Origin: a virus
DNA length: 64,000 nucleotides
Strand: one strand, 5' to 3'
Virus record (IMG/VR): IMGVR_UViG_3300049830_000285
Span: 1-64,000 of that record
In this document: positions 63,943 through 64,000 of the stretch, piece after piece
Numbering within the stretch: the first letter of the stretch is position 1
Layout of the letters: every line of letters begins with the position of its first letter
Notes under the pieces: generated by a model
What the model saw: only the letters and a program-made list of their open reading frames with translations
Told to the model about the DNA's origin: nothing
Databases searched by the model: none
Translations under genes and position numbers: made by a program

Positions 63943-64000
63943 ATTACTTGGAGTCTGATTTTCCGCCAGAAGCTGGGTTGCGCGGAGCATTCATCAAAGT

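Noticed and set aside
1-64000. Genome-wide UAG reassignment (alternative genetic code) suggested by the CUA tRNAs
   Set aside because: Conserved genes are full length and densely packed under code 11, with no in-frame TAG interruptions. TAG is used as a normal but rare stop.

Overview
This 64-kb window is from a large (jumbo-like) tailed dsDNA bacteriophage and uses the standard genetic code. (1) 1-7.2 kb: nucleotide, translation and replication genes (dUTPase, Met aminopeptidase, bacterial-type DnaX/DnaN/HolA clamp and loader) interleaved with two sigma factors. (2) 7.4-37.4 kb, + strand: packaging and head module with TerL, a portal fused to a DUF559/Vsr-like nuclease domain, a 1438-aa prohead protease/scaffold, scaffold, decoration protein, major capsid protein and many probable internal head proteins. 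A divergent adenine-methyltransferase / UDP-galactopyranose-mutase pair interrupts it. (3) 37.5-50.7 kb: accessory block with dCMP deaminase, peptide deformylase, 2H phosphoesterase, homing endonucleases, PspA/Vipp1 flanked by two CUA-anticodon tRNA genes, Pth2-like protein, P-loop kinase and glycan enzymes. (4) 50.7-64 kb, - strand: tail-type structural genes. The strongest unexplained signal is a set of short motifs shared by otherwise unrelated proteins: a ~22-aa helical tag (LxxIAxxLDxxGxyxEADxL) at the termini of five scattered ORFs, recurrent [RK]-x-A-(Q/E/S) sites throughout head proteins, and a sigmaH-like promoter (AGG[T/A]-N18-[G/T]AAAT) upstream of structural and tag-bearing genes. 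Together these suggest a modular capsid cargo-loading and proteolytic release system. Candidate cargoes include a sigma-factor-like protein, an Acb1-like 2H phosphoesterase and the portal-borne nuclease. All family assignments are by eye from motifs, with no database search. The host cannot be determined from this window.
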